Positions 35,919 to 43,976 of a stretch of DNA of 48,852 nucleotides are shown here, piece by piece (positions within the stretch are counted from its first letter, which is position 1; each line of letters begins with the position of its first letter). The notes under the pieces are model-generated. The model saw only the letters and a program-made list of their open reading frames with translations. It had not been told where the DNA came from and made no database searches. This stretch comes from an uncultured bacterium. Its GTDB lineage: Bacteria > Acidobacteriota > Thermoanaerobaculia > Multivoradales > JAHZIX01. The translations under genes and the position numbers were made by a program. The stretch lies in assembly GCA_965368975.1 (NCBI GenBank), contig CBDUPA010000031.1:1-48852 (forward strand), written 5' to 3'.

Positions 35919-36224
35919 ATGTTCGAGTTCATGCAGGTTCCGATCGAGTGGCTCGTCTTCGCCAGCGTGCTGCTCGTACTGCTCATCGTCAGCTTCGGGT
36001 CGCGAGCACGGGTGTTCTGCCAGTACTTGCGGCTCATGACCGGCATCGAACTGACACCGGGTGAAGTCAAGATGATCTTCCGCGAGCATGGCAAGCCGGG
36101 AGTGCGCGAGCTGTTCTTGGATCTACTGATCCGCGAAGACGCCAGGGACTCGCCGCTCATCACGCCGGAAACGCCCCCTTCGCAACCCATGTCGGCACTG
36201 CTGGACGAGACACGCGACCGCTAA
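35919..36224 (+). CDS. Small single-pass membrane hypothetical protein
   Basis: GGAGG RBS; TM segment WLVFASVLLVLLIVSFG; GC3-rich codons. Confidence 0.75.
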   Translation: MFEFMQVPIEWLVFASVLLVLLIVSFGSRARVFCQYLRLMTGIELTPGEVKMIFREHGKPGVRELFLDLLIREDARDSPLITPETPPSQPMSALLDETRDR

Positions 36225-36304
36225 CCGTACCGACGATGTAGCCTCACACCAAAGGAAGCCTGGCGGGTCCCAAATCCCTCCGGCGGTATGCTAACTTGAT
36301 GGTA

Positions 36305-37486
36305 ATGACCAGCCCTGCCACTCCTCCGCGCATCCCTGTGCGAACTGACAAGCCCAAGCGCCAGTTCATCCAGATCGCCGACCAGCAGCTGATCCCTCTG
36401 CCACCGGGCGTCTCGGTGGTGGACTGGCAGCTCGAGAAGGCGAATTGGCAGAACCCGCGCATCCGCGCGTTCCTCGGCTGCATCCGCATGCTCGGAAATG
36501 TACTGGAGAGCAACTACGCGATCCTGCACTGCTCGCCGGAACGGTTGCTCGAGATCTGGCGCAAGGTGACACGGGTCGCCGAGCTGATCCGCAACAACAT
36601 CTCACCGCTATTGGGCCACAAGTCCTGCATTCCGAAGCTCGATGACGCGGTGGAGACGGCGCGGACGTCACTGAGCATGCTCGATCACGATGTACTCCGG
36701 CAGCTCGACGACTACCCAGCCGAGCAAATCCCAGCCAATAGCGTGATGCAGATACGCAAGCTGCTGTGCGTCTCCATCGGCCAGTTGCACTCCTTCCTGC
36801 AAGACACTTTCGGCCACATCATCGCCAACGACCCGCGCAGCCTGCACGACGCCGACTACTTCCTCTCCAAGCGCTTCCCTCAAGACATCGACGAGGCAGA
36901 GTGGCTGCACTCGACGGTGGTGCGCCTATACAGCTACATGGAGACGGTGGAAGGTATCCGCGAGCGCGCGCTCGAGAGCATGATAGACGAGCTGCGGAGA
37001 GGCCAGCGCTTGCTCAACGACAGTACCTGGGACGAGGCAACGACAGTCCTGACCCTGCTGATGCAGGATCTGACATCGAAGATCAAGGGTATCTTGGCCC
37101 TGCGCGGGATCCGCTTCTACGAGATGGAGATCCTGGATCGCTACGCTGACGAGATTCCCACCAAGTGCACCACCATCCTGGAACTGCACCGGACGGGCAC
37201 AGCCAGCATTCGCGAGATCCGCGACACCGTCGGCACCTCCAGCGACGAGCTGAAAATGGCCAAACGCCTGGAGAAGGCGGTGCAATTGCGTATTTCTCGG
37301 CGCATCGCCGACCTGATGAGCGAGGTCAACAAGAACTTGCGGGACCTGATCGCCTTCCTGCCGCTGTGGATGGAAGGCATCGAGAAGCGGCGGGCTCTGA
37401 TCCTGAAGCGGCACGGTCACGAGGACGACATGCCACCGCGGCAGCTCGATGACGTCGAGAGTCTCGACGAGACTTTGCCGGCTTGA
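36305..37486 (+). CDS. Hypothetical soluble alpha-helical protein
   Basis: Long ORF with protein-like composition and GC3 bias; TATGCT -10-like element just upstream; no motif recognised. Confidence 0.8.
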   Translation: MTSPATPPRIPVRTDKPKRQFIQIADQQLIPLPPGVSVVDWQLEKANWQNPRIRAFLGCIRMLGNVLESNYAILHCSPERLLEIWRKVTRVAELIRNNISPLLGHKSCIPKLDDAVETARTSLSMLDHDVLRQLDDYPAEQIPANSVMQIRKLLCVSIGQLHSFLQDTFGHIIANDPRSLHDADYFLSKRFPQDIDEAEWLHSTVVRLYSYMETVEGIRERALESMIDELRRGQRLLNDSTWDEATTVLTLLMQDLTSKIKGILALRGIRFYEMEILDRYADEIPTKCTTILELHRTGTASIREIRDTVGTSSDELKMAKRLEKAVQLRISRRIADLMSEVNKNLRDLIAFLPLWMEGIEKRRALILKRHGHEDDMPPRQLDDVESLDETLPA

Positions 37487-37739
37487 GCTGACGGTAGCTG
37501 GCCCGCCCTCAGCCGGCGGGCCGCAGGAAGTACATCCAGACGAAGGCCGCGCCGAGAACCAGCAGCCACCACAGGATCCAGAGAAGGCGGCGTGAACTGT
37601 AGGGCCCCGGGAGCCGCGGAGGACGGTCGCTGGACGTCTTGCTCATGCACCTAGCCTATCCGACCTGCGCGACACCTTGCACACTCGAGCCTGCAAGCAA
37701 GGCGAGATCGAAGCAAGGCGAGTTCGACTGGGTTTCGGA

Positions 37740-37766
37740 TGAACCTGGTGCCCTGGCGAAACCGTC
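37740..37766 (+). promoter_or_regulatory. ECF-type promoter TGAACC-N17-CGTC
   Basis: Lies about 25 nt upstream of the AGGAGG RBS of the YHS gene; same AAC/CGTC architecture as the sigma gene promoter. Confidence 0.55.
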
Positions 37767-37803
37767 TCCGCGCTTCGCCGTGACTCCTCAAGGAGGTCCG
37801 ATC

Positions 37804-38262
37804 ATGTCATCAGGTCGCCGCTTGCTACTCCTCGTCACCGCCTGCGCCCTGCTCAGCCTGTCTGGGCCGGCCTGGGCGGTCGAGCCGGTCAATTCTTCCC
37901 TCTTCGGTAACGTCGCCATCAAGGGCTACGATCCTGTCGCCTACTTCCAGGACGGCAAGCCGGTCAAGGGCTCCTCCGACCACGAGTTCGAGTGGCAGGG
38001 CGCGATCTGGCGCTTTGCCACTGCTGCCCACCGCGACGCCTTTGCCACCGAGCCGGAGCGCTACGCGCCTCAGTATGGGGGCTACTGTGCCTACGCCATC
38101 AGCCAGGGCCGTACGGCCAACATCGATCCGGAAGCCTGGAAGGTTGTCGACGGCAAGCTGTACCTGAACTACAGCAGCAGCATTCAGGAGACGTGGGAAG
38201 CAGAGATGGAGCACTACATCGAGCTGGCCAACACAAACTGGCCGAAGCTGCTCCAGGACTAA
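37804..38262 (+). CDS. Exported YHS-domain (seleno)protein family member, Cys form
   Basis: Signal peptide; AIKGYDPVAYF, WRFAT, PERYAPQYGGYCAYA, WKVVDGKLYLN. Confidence 0.92.
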   Translation: MSSGRRLLLLVTACALLSLSGPAWAVEPVNSSLFGNVAIKGYDPVAYFQDGKPVKGSSDHEFEWQGAIWRFATAAHRDAFATEPERYAPQYGGYCAYAISQGRTANIDPEAWKVVDGKLYLNYSSSIQETWEAEMEHYIELANTNWPKLLQD

Positions 38263-39524
38263 CCACCCAGCGTACGCTTTTCCGGCGCGGATAGGCGCCA
38301 AGGCTCCGGCAACCACCAGTGCAGGAGCAGGAGCAGGACGAACGCGGCGCCGCCGGCCAGGGCGTAAGGAACGTCGATACCAAAGCGGTCGATGAGCCAG
38401 CCAGCGGCGGCATTCGAGACGATCGAGCCGAGACCGTAGGCGGCCATCGCCACGAGGGCCTGGCCAGTGGATCTCAACTGCGGCGGCACCGCCTGTTCAA
38501 GGTACAGCGGTCCGCCGATCAGCAAACCAACGACCGCGACGCCGTGCAGCACCTGCACAGCCGCGACCAAGCGCAGGTCGGTCGTCCAGGCGCAGACGCT
38601 CCAACGGATAGCCTCCGCCGCCAAGCCCAAGGCGAGCAAACCGCGCGGTCCCAGCCGCCGGAGGGTGGCGCCGGCCAGGCCGATCAGCGGAATCTCCAGC
38701 GCCAGCATGAACAGCCACAACTCGCTAACGGTATCGGCCGTGCCTCCGCGCGAGGAGAGATAGAGTGGGAAGAAGTAGATCGGTCCCTGGACGAAGCTGT
38801 TCGTGACCAGCATCAGGACTAGCAGACGCACGACGGGCGGGTGACGCAGCAAGGTGCGCCCTTCCCCACGCGCCGCTCGCAGCGTGACGCCATGGGTACG
38901 CGGCAGACGGAAGCTGACCAGAGCCGCGGCGATACTGCACAGCGCCACGATCGGAAACAGCTGACCGAGACCGTGGAAAGGCCAGTCGGCGAGCCCCGCC
39001 TGGGCGTCCAAGAAGCGGCGCAGCAAGGGGAAGCTGGCGACAGCAACCAGGAAGCCGACCGTGCCCCACATGCGCAGGAAACCGAAATAGCGCGTGCCAA
39101 CAGTGCCGAAGGTCACTGCGGTGGTCATGGGCAAGACCGAGGTATGAAAGGAGGCGAGCAGGGCACTGCCCAGCACCACCGGGACGAACTCCCGTAGAGT
39201 ACCGAGCAGCAAGTAGCTCGCGGCAGCTCCCGCAGCCAGAACGGTCAGCATCGCTCGCCGCGAGCCGGTGACATCCGCCAAGCGTCCCCAGATGGGTTGA
39301 GTACAGAGTCCGAGCAGAGGCATCACGGCCATCACAATGCCGATCTGCGAGGCGGACAAGCCGACGTTGTCCTTCAAGTAGAGGCTGTAGTAGGGGAAAA
39401 AGATCCCCAGCCCCGCCATGTATAGGAACCAAAAGGACGCCAGCTGGGGCCAGCGGTCCGGCAGATGGCCCGAAAGGGACCCCGCGTGGTGCTCCGGCGA
39501 GCCGGAGATCGGCAGCCGTGGCAT
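38259..39524 (-). CDS. MFS transporter (MFS_1-like / HcaT-like)
   Basis: FFPYYSLYL, QPIWGRLAD, FGFLRMWGTVGF, VQVLHG, RSTGQAL; about 12 TM segments. Confidence 0.88.
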   Translation of the reverse strand: MPRLPISGSPEHHAGSLSGHLPDRWPQLASFWFLYMAGLGIFFPYYSLYLKDNVGLSASQIGIVMAVMPLLGLCTQPIWGRLADVTGSRRAMLTVLAAGAAASYLLLGTLREFVPVVLGSALLASFHTSVLPMTTAVTFGTVGTRYFGFLRMWGTVGFLVAVASFPLLRRFLDAQAGLADWPFHGLGQLFPIVALCSIAAALVSFRLPRTHGVTLRAARGEGRTLLRHPPVVRLLVLMLVTNSFVQGPIYFFPLYLSSRGGTADTVSELWLFMLALEIPLIGLAGATLRRLGPRGLLALGLAAEAIRWSVCAWTTDLRLVAAVQVLHGVAVVGLLIGGPLYLEQAVPPQLRSTGQALVAMAAYGLGSIVSNAAAGWLIDRFGIDVPYALAGGAAFVLLLLLHWWLPEPWRLSAPEKRTLGG

Positions 39525-39538
39525 CGTCAGGGGTCGAC

Positions 39539-40036
39539 TCAGTCTCGCAACACAGGCAGCAGGGGTGAGCTGTGCGTCTCGGAGCCGAGGTCCAGCGGCA
39601 CGCGGATATTCCCCTCGACGAGCTTGACCTGGCGATCGGCCAGCTGCTGCAGAGTTGTGTCACCCAGAATCTGGTCGACCGCTCTCTTGACACGCAGGAA
39701 GATCTCGCGAATCGCACAGAACTCCACGCCAACGTCGATGCTGCAGGGGAGCGCGAGGATTTGGTCGATCGCGGTGGTTTGCCCTTCGAGGGTCAGCAAG
39801 ATGTCCTTGAGCGTGATCTCCGCGGCAGGCCGTGCCAGGCTGTGGCCCCCTTGAGGCCCTCGACTGGAGACGATCAGCCGGTCTTTCGACAGCAGCGCTA
39901 AAATCTGGCGCAGGTAAGGCTCGGGAATGCCTTGATGACTTGCGATCTCGTGGCTGGTGACCGGCCCGGCATCCACATGCGAGGCGATGTAGAGCATCGC
40001 GCGCAGGCCGTACTCGCCCTTGGTAGAGATCTTCAT
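39539..40036 (-). CDS. Rrf2 family transcriptional regulator
   Basis: MKISTKGEYGLRAM, IPEPYLRQIL, SSRGPQGGHSLARPAAEITL..LEG. Confidence 0.94.
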   Translation of the reverse strand: MKISTKGEYGLRAMLYIASHVDAGPVTSHEIASHQGIPEPYLRQILALLSKDRLIVSSRGPQGGHSLARPAAEITLKDILLTLEGQTTAIDQILALPCSIDVGVEFCAIREIFLRVKRAVDQILGDTTLQQLADRQVKLVEGNIRVPLDLGSETHSSPLLPVLRD

Positions 40037-40132
40037 GGCACTGCAAGGGTATCAGAGAAGGCGCAATCCCAGCGGTGCGTGGAAGCTACCTGCAGGGCTC
40101 CCCAGCGGGGTGCACATGGTAGCCTGCGCCGC

Positions 40133-41206
40133 ATGAGCACTCCGCTGGAACTGTGCTACCTGCTCGAAGACACCCCCCTCTTCGGCGGTGTCAAGGTGGT
40201 CCTGCAGCAGGCCAATCTGCTGGCCCAGCGCGGTCACCGGGTGGTGGTCGTGAGCAAGGGGGCTCGACCGACCTGGTTCCCGCTCTCTACCGAGTTCCGA
40301 CAGGTCCCCGTCTTCGACGCTGCCCACGTAGCGCCGGCGGACGTGACGATCGCCAGCTATTGGACGACCCTCGAACCCGCCGTGGCACTGACGGCTGATC
40401 ACGGACGCGGCGCGGTGATGCACTACTGCCAGGGCTTCGAAGGCATCTACACCCATAACACCCAGGATCACGCCGCGATTCGCCACGCCTACCAGCTGCC
40501 AGTCCCGGCGATGGTCGTATCACCACATCTGCAGGAGCTTCTCGAGCGCGACTTTGCTCGGCCAGCGCGCTGGATTCCGCAACCGTTGGAGCCTTTCTGG
40601 CGACCCCGCGCAGCTTCCTGGTGGCTGCAGGGATGGATGCGGCGGCAGCCACGGAAGCCGGCACGTATCCTGGTGACTTCGCCCTTCGAGATCGACTGGA
40701 AGGGGGTACGGACAGCACTCAAAGCCGTCGGCTTGTTGCGGGCGCAGGGCGTCGAGCTGCAGCTGGTCCGCCTATCCCAATGGCCGCTGAGCGATGCAGA
40801 GCGAGAGCTGGTCGAACCGGACGAGTTCCACTGCCATCTGGTTCCTGAAGAAGCTGCCGCGATTGTCCGCTCCTGCGATCTGTTGCTCGCGGCGTCCTGG
40901 GAGCAGGAGGGCTTCGGCCTGGGCGTGCTGGAAGCTGGCGTCAGCGGCGTACCCGCTGTGGCGTCCGACATTTCTGCCTTTCGCGGTTTCGCGCACGACA
41001 GTGCCATCCTGGTGCCCTTCGACTCGCCGGAGGCCTTTGCCGACGCGGCCCAGAAGGTGCTGACCCAGCCAAGCCTGTGGCGCAGCTTACGGGGCGGGGG
41101 TCTGCGCCTGGGGCGCCAGTTCAACGAACGAGCTTCCGCGCAGGCGGCCGAAGCAGCACTGCGCTGGGCAGCCTCGGGTGACTGGCGTTCGACCGATCAA
41201 CGCTAG
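40133..41206 (+). CDS. Glycosyltransferase family 4
   Basis: FGGVKVV, EGFGLGVLEAGVSGVPAVASD (Ex7E). Confidence 0.9.
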   Translation: MSTPLELCYLLEDTPLFGGVKVVLQQANLLAQRGHRVVVVSKGARPTWFPLSTEFRQVPVFDAAHVAPADVTIASYWTTLEPAVALTADHGRGAVMHYCQGFEGIYTHNTQDHAAIRHAYQLPVPAMVVSPHLQELLERDFARPARWIPQPLEPFWRPRAASWWLQGWMRRQPRKPARILVTSPFEIDWKGVRTALKAVGLLRAQGVELQLVRLSQWPLSDAERELVEPDEFHCHLVPEEAAAIVRSCDLLLAASWEQEGFGLGVLEAGVSGVPAVASDISAFRGFAHDSAILVPFDSPEAFADAAQKVLTQPSLWRSLRGGGLRLGRQFNERASAQAAEAALRWAASGDWRSTDQR

Positions 41207-42492
41207 GCCTTCCTCTGCGAGCGCGAGTCCGCTGCGAGTGCTGTAGAGGCCTCAGCTGAGTTCGCCGCCAGCGCTGCCTGCCAATCGTGCGCGACATCGA
41301 CCAGGCCAACTCGATACCCGTTGTCCGTCGCGACACCGAAGGCACGGTGCAGGATGCGCAGATCGTAGGGGTGGAGCGCCTTCTCGTCCATCAGGTAGAC
41401 ATAGACAGTGAACTCTCCCTTGAGAAAAGGTAGCTGTGGCAGGTACAGCCGCTGCCGCTGGCGTGCCTGGCCCTGGAAGGAGGGCAGGCCATCATGGAAG
41501 GTCGAGAACGACGCGACTTGCACGCCGTCGATGCGATCCAGACCGACCGCCAGGTGGCAGGGGACCTCCGGATGCTCGGTCTCCCACTCGATTTCGAGCG
41601 CCCAGGAGTCTTGGTGCTGAAATGTCTGCAGGCCATCGATATCGGTGCCGGTGTCGATGCCGGTGCCTGGGACTTGGCTCGGCTCCAGGCGTGCTTCGAT
41701 CAAACGCGCCGGCTGGCCACCCTCTGCCGGCGCGCCGCTATGCTCCACCTGCTCACCCTTCGCCTTGTCGAGCAGGAAGTTCTCATAGCGGCGCACGACC
41801 TCCTCGGACGGTCCCAGGTCCTCGATCTTGCCGTGGCGTAGCCACAGCGCTCGGCGGCAGAAGGCGGTGACGTAGTACATCGCGTGCGAACACAGCAGCA
41901 GCGTTCCACCGTTTTCCAGATAGAGCTGGAGACGATCCATGCACTTCTTCTGGAAGTAGCCATCACCGACCGACAGCGCCTCGTCGATGATCAGAACTTC
42001 CGGCTGCACTTGAGTGGCGATGGAAAAGCCGAGCCGCATCGCCATGCCGGTCGAATAGCACTTCACGGGCTGGTCGATGAAGTTGCCCAGTTCGCTGAAA
42101 GCGATGATCTCTGGCAGCTTCTGGTCGACCTCGGGCTGCGACAAGCCCAGCATCGCGGCGTTCAGCTGGATGTTCTGACGACCGGTGAGCTCGGGATGGA
42201 AGGCTGAGCCGAGTTCGAGCAGGGAGGCCACCTTGCCGCGCACCTGGACGTCTCCCGAAGTCTGGGTCGTGACGCCTGAGAGAATCTTGAGCAGGGTGCT
42301 CTTGCCAGCTCCGTTCTGGCCAATGATGCCGAAGCCTTCGCCGCGCGCGATGTCGAAGCTGACACCGGTCAACGCCTCGAAGCGCTCGTGCAGCGGCCGG
42401 CGAATCAGCCACTCGCGGACACGATCGAACGGCCGGTTGTAGACACGGTAGCTCTTGCACAGATCGCGGGTCGAGATTACAGCTTCACTCAT
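41203..42492 (-). CDS. Polysaccharide ABC exporter ATPase (Wzt/TagH) with C-terminal Wzt_C domain
   Basis: GQNGAGKSTLL, LTGRQNI, YSTGMAMRLGFS, IIDEALSVGD; C-terminal beta domain. Confidence 0.93.
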   Translation of the reverse strand: MSEAVISTRDLCKSYRVYNRPFDRVREWLIRRPLHERFEALTGVSFDIARGEGFGIIGQNGAGKSTLLKILSGVTTQTSGDVQVRGKVASLLELGSAFHPELTGRQNIQLNAAMLGLSQPEVDQKLPEIIAFSELGNFIDQPVKCYSTGMAMRLGFSIATQVQPEVLIIDEALSVGDGYFQKKCMDRLQLYLENGGTLLLCSHAMYYVTAFCRRALWLRHGKIEDLGPSEEVVRRYENFLLDKAKGEQVEHSGAPAEGGQPARLIEARLEPSQVPGTGIDTGTDIDGLQTFQHQDSWALEIEWETEHPEVPCHLAVGLDRIDGVQVASFSTFHDGLPSFQGQARQRQRLYLPQLPFLKGEFTVYVYLMDEKALHPYDLRILHRAFGVATDNGYRVGLVDVAHDWQAALAANSAEASTALAADSRSQRKA

Positions 42493-42532
42493 CGGCTCCC
42501 TCCTGCTGGCGCGTGGGTCGAGGCACACTCGA

Positions 42533-43945
42533 TCATCTTCGATCCTCGGACTGGAGTCGATGGCTGGCGGCCAGCGCTCGACCGACAAAGGGATGGTCGG
42601 CGGACAGCCGGACGACATCGAAGAGTACAGCGATCAGCTCCTGATCGTCACCGGCACGGTGAGGATTGTAGAACTCCCACACCAAGTCGCCAGCGCGGGT
42701 GACCTCGAAGGCACGGCCGTTCTCCGACTCGACGATCAGAGTGTTGCCATTGCTCAACCGGTGGCTGGCCCCGAGGGTACGCGAAAAGAAGTCGATCTCA
42801 CGGCTTCCGCCATACTGCCACACTACCTCTCCCGTCCTCGGTGTGAGTTCCAGCAGCCGTGAACGTGCGACGGCCGCCGGGCCGCGCAACGGCCCCTGGT
42901 TGTCGAAGAGCAGAATGCGACCTCCATCCACCAGCGCCGGATCGTGCTGACGACGGAAGGAACCACTCAGCGCCCAGACGATCTGCGCTCGCACAGGATC
43001 GAGAATGGCGATAGCGTCGAGTTCACGGAACGACACCAGCAGGTTGCCGGCTGCGAAAGCCGGATGGGACGTAGCGTATCGACCATCGAGCAGTTCCAAG
43101 GTGTTGGTGTGCAGGATGTCGCCCGCCTCGGGCCGCCGCTCCAGCAGCCCTGCATGGGCCGACCGCTCGAGCGCTTCGAGCAGGGAGATGCGGCGCAGGA
43201 CGACACCGTCCGCGTCGAACTGGGTCGCGAAGTCCTCCAGCACGCCCTTGCTCGGGTGAATGCGCGGCAGCAGTTTCCCATCGCGGTCGAGAACCCAGAT
43301 GTGGCCCTCTGGGGTTCTGGCCAGATCGTGATGGATGCCACCGCGGTGAGCCCACTGCAGGCGTGACCGAGCGTCCAGGTGGATCAGGCCCAGGCCTTCG
43401 AAGATGGCCAGCAGGGAACCGTCCGGTAGCAGCAGCGCACGGCGCCAGTACTCGAGCTTACGGATGGTCCCCGCGTCCTGTGCATAGAGATCCGGCCACA
43501 GAGTTTCCAGGCGGTAGCTCCAGCGGTGGACGACACGACCTCGCAGATCGGTGAGCAGAGCCTCCGGCGCGTGACCGGAAAGCACCAGGTTGAGCCCCGG
43601 CTCGGTACGCTCCGGATCGAAGACGGTGATCTGGGGTTCGTCACCAGCCGGTCGGTAGCCTTGGAGATACGGCAGAACCAGCAGCCGCGCTTGCTCCTCC
43701 GACAAGGTCTTCGGAGCCGCGTGCCGGGCCTGCCGCCACTTGCCTTCGTGCGCTGGATCTCTCGATTCCGGCTCTACCGGTAGGCCACCCGCGGCGACAG
43801 GGCCGGCGTCAGGGTGGTCGGAGACCGGTCCCGCTGCCTGCGGCTCCTTGGGAGCCTCACAGCCCTGCGCCAAGAAGCCAAGGAGTCCGAAACCGACGAG
43901 GGTCACGAGGGACAGGCTTGGGATCAGCCCACGGGATGGTGTCAT
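42533..43945 (-). CDS. Arylsulfotransferase (ASST) family lipoprotein
   Basis: Lipobox-like LAQGC; IHHDL, DILHTNTL, RRQHDP, LLFDN, RLSNGNTLIVES..GRAFEVT..VWEF. Confidence 0.85.
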   Translation of the reverse strand: MTPSRGLIPSLSLVTLVGFGLLGFLAQGCEAPKEPQAAGPVSDHPDAGPVAAGGLPVEPESRDPAHEGKWRQARHAAPKTLSEEQARLLVLPYLQGYRPAGDEPQITVFDPERTEPGLNLVLSGHAPEALLTDLRGRVVHRWSYRLETLWPDLYAQDAGTIRKLEYWRRALLLPDGSLLAIFEGLGLIHLDARSRLQWAHRGGIHHDLARTPEGHIWVLDRDGKLLPRIHPSKGVLEDFATQFDADGVVLRRISLLEALERSAHAGLLERRPEAGDILHTNTLELLDGRYATSHPAFAAGNLLVSFRELDAIAILDPVRAQIVWALSGSFRRQHDPALVDGGRILLFDNQGPLRGPAAVARSRLLELTPRTGEVVWQYGGSREIDFFSRTLGASHRLSNGNTLIVESENGRAFEVTRAGDLVWEFYNPHRAGDDQELIAVLFDVVRLSADHPFVGRALAASHRLQSEDRR

Positions 43946-43976
43946 CACTTGAGAAAGTAGCGCACTGGTCCCGTTA

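Noticed and set aside
37804-38262. Selenoprotein recoding in the YHS gene
   Set aside because: The relevant position is TGT (Cys) and there is no in-frame TGA.
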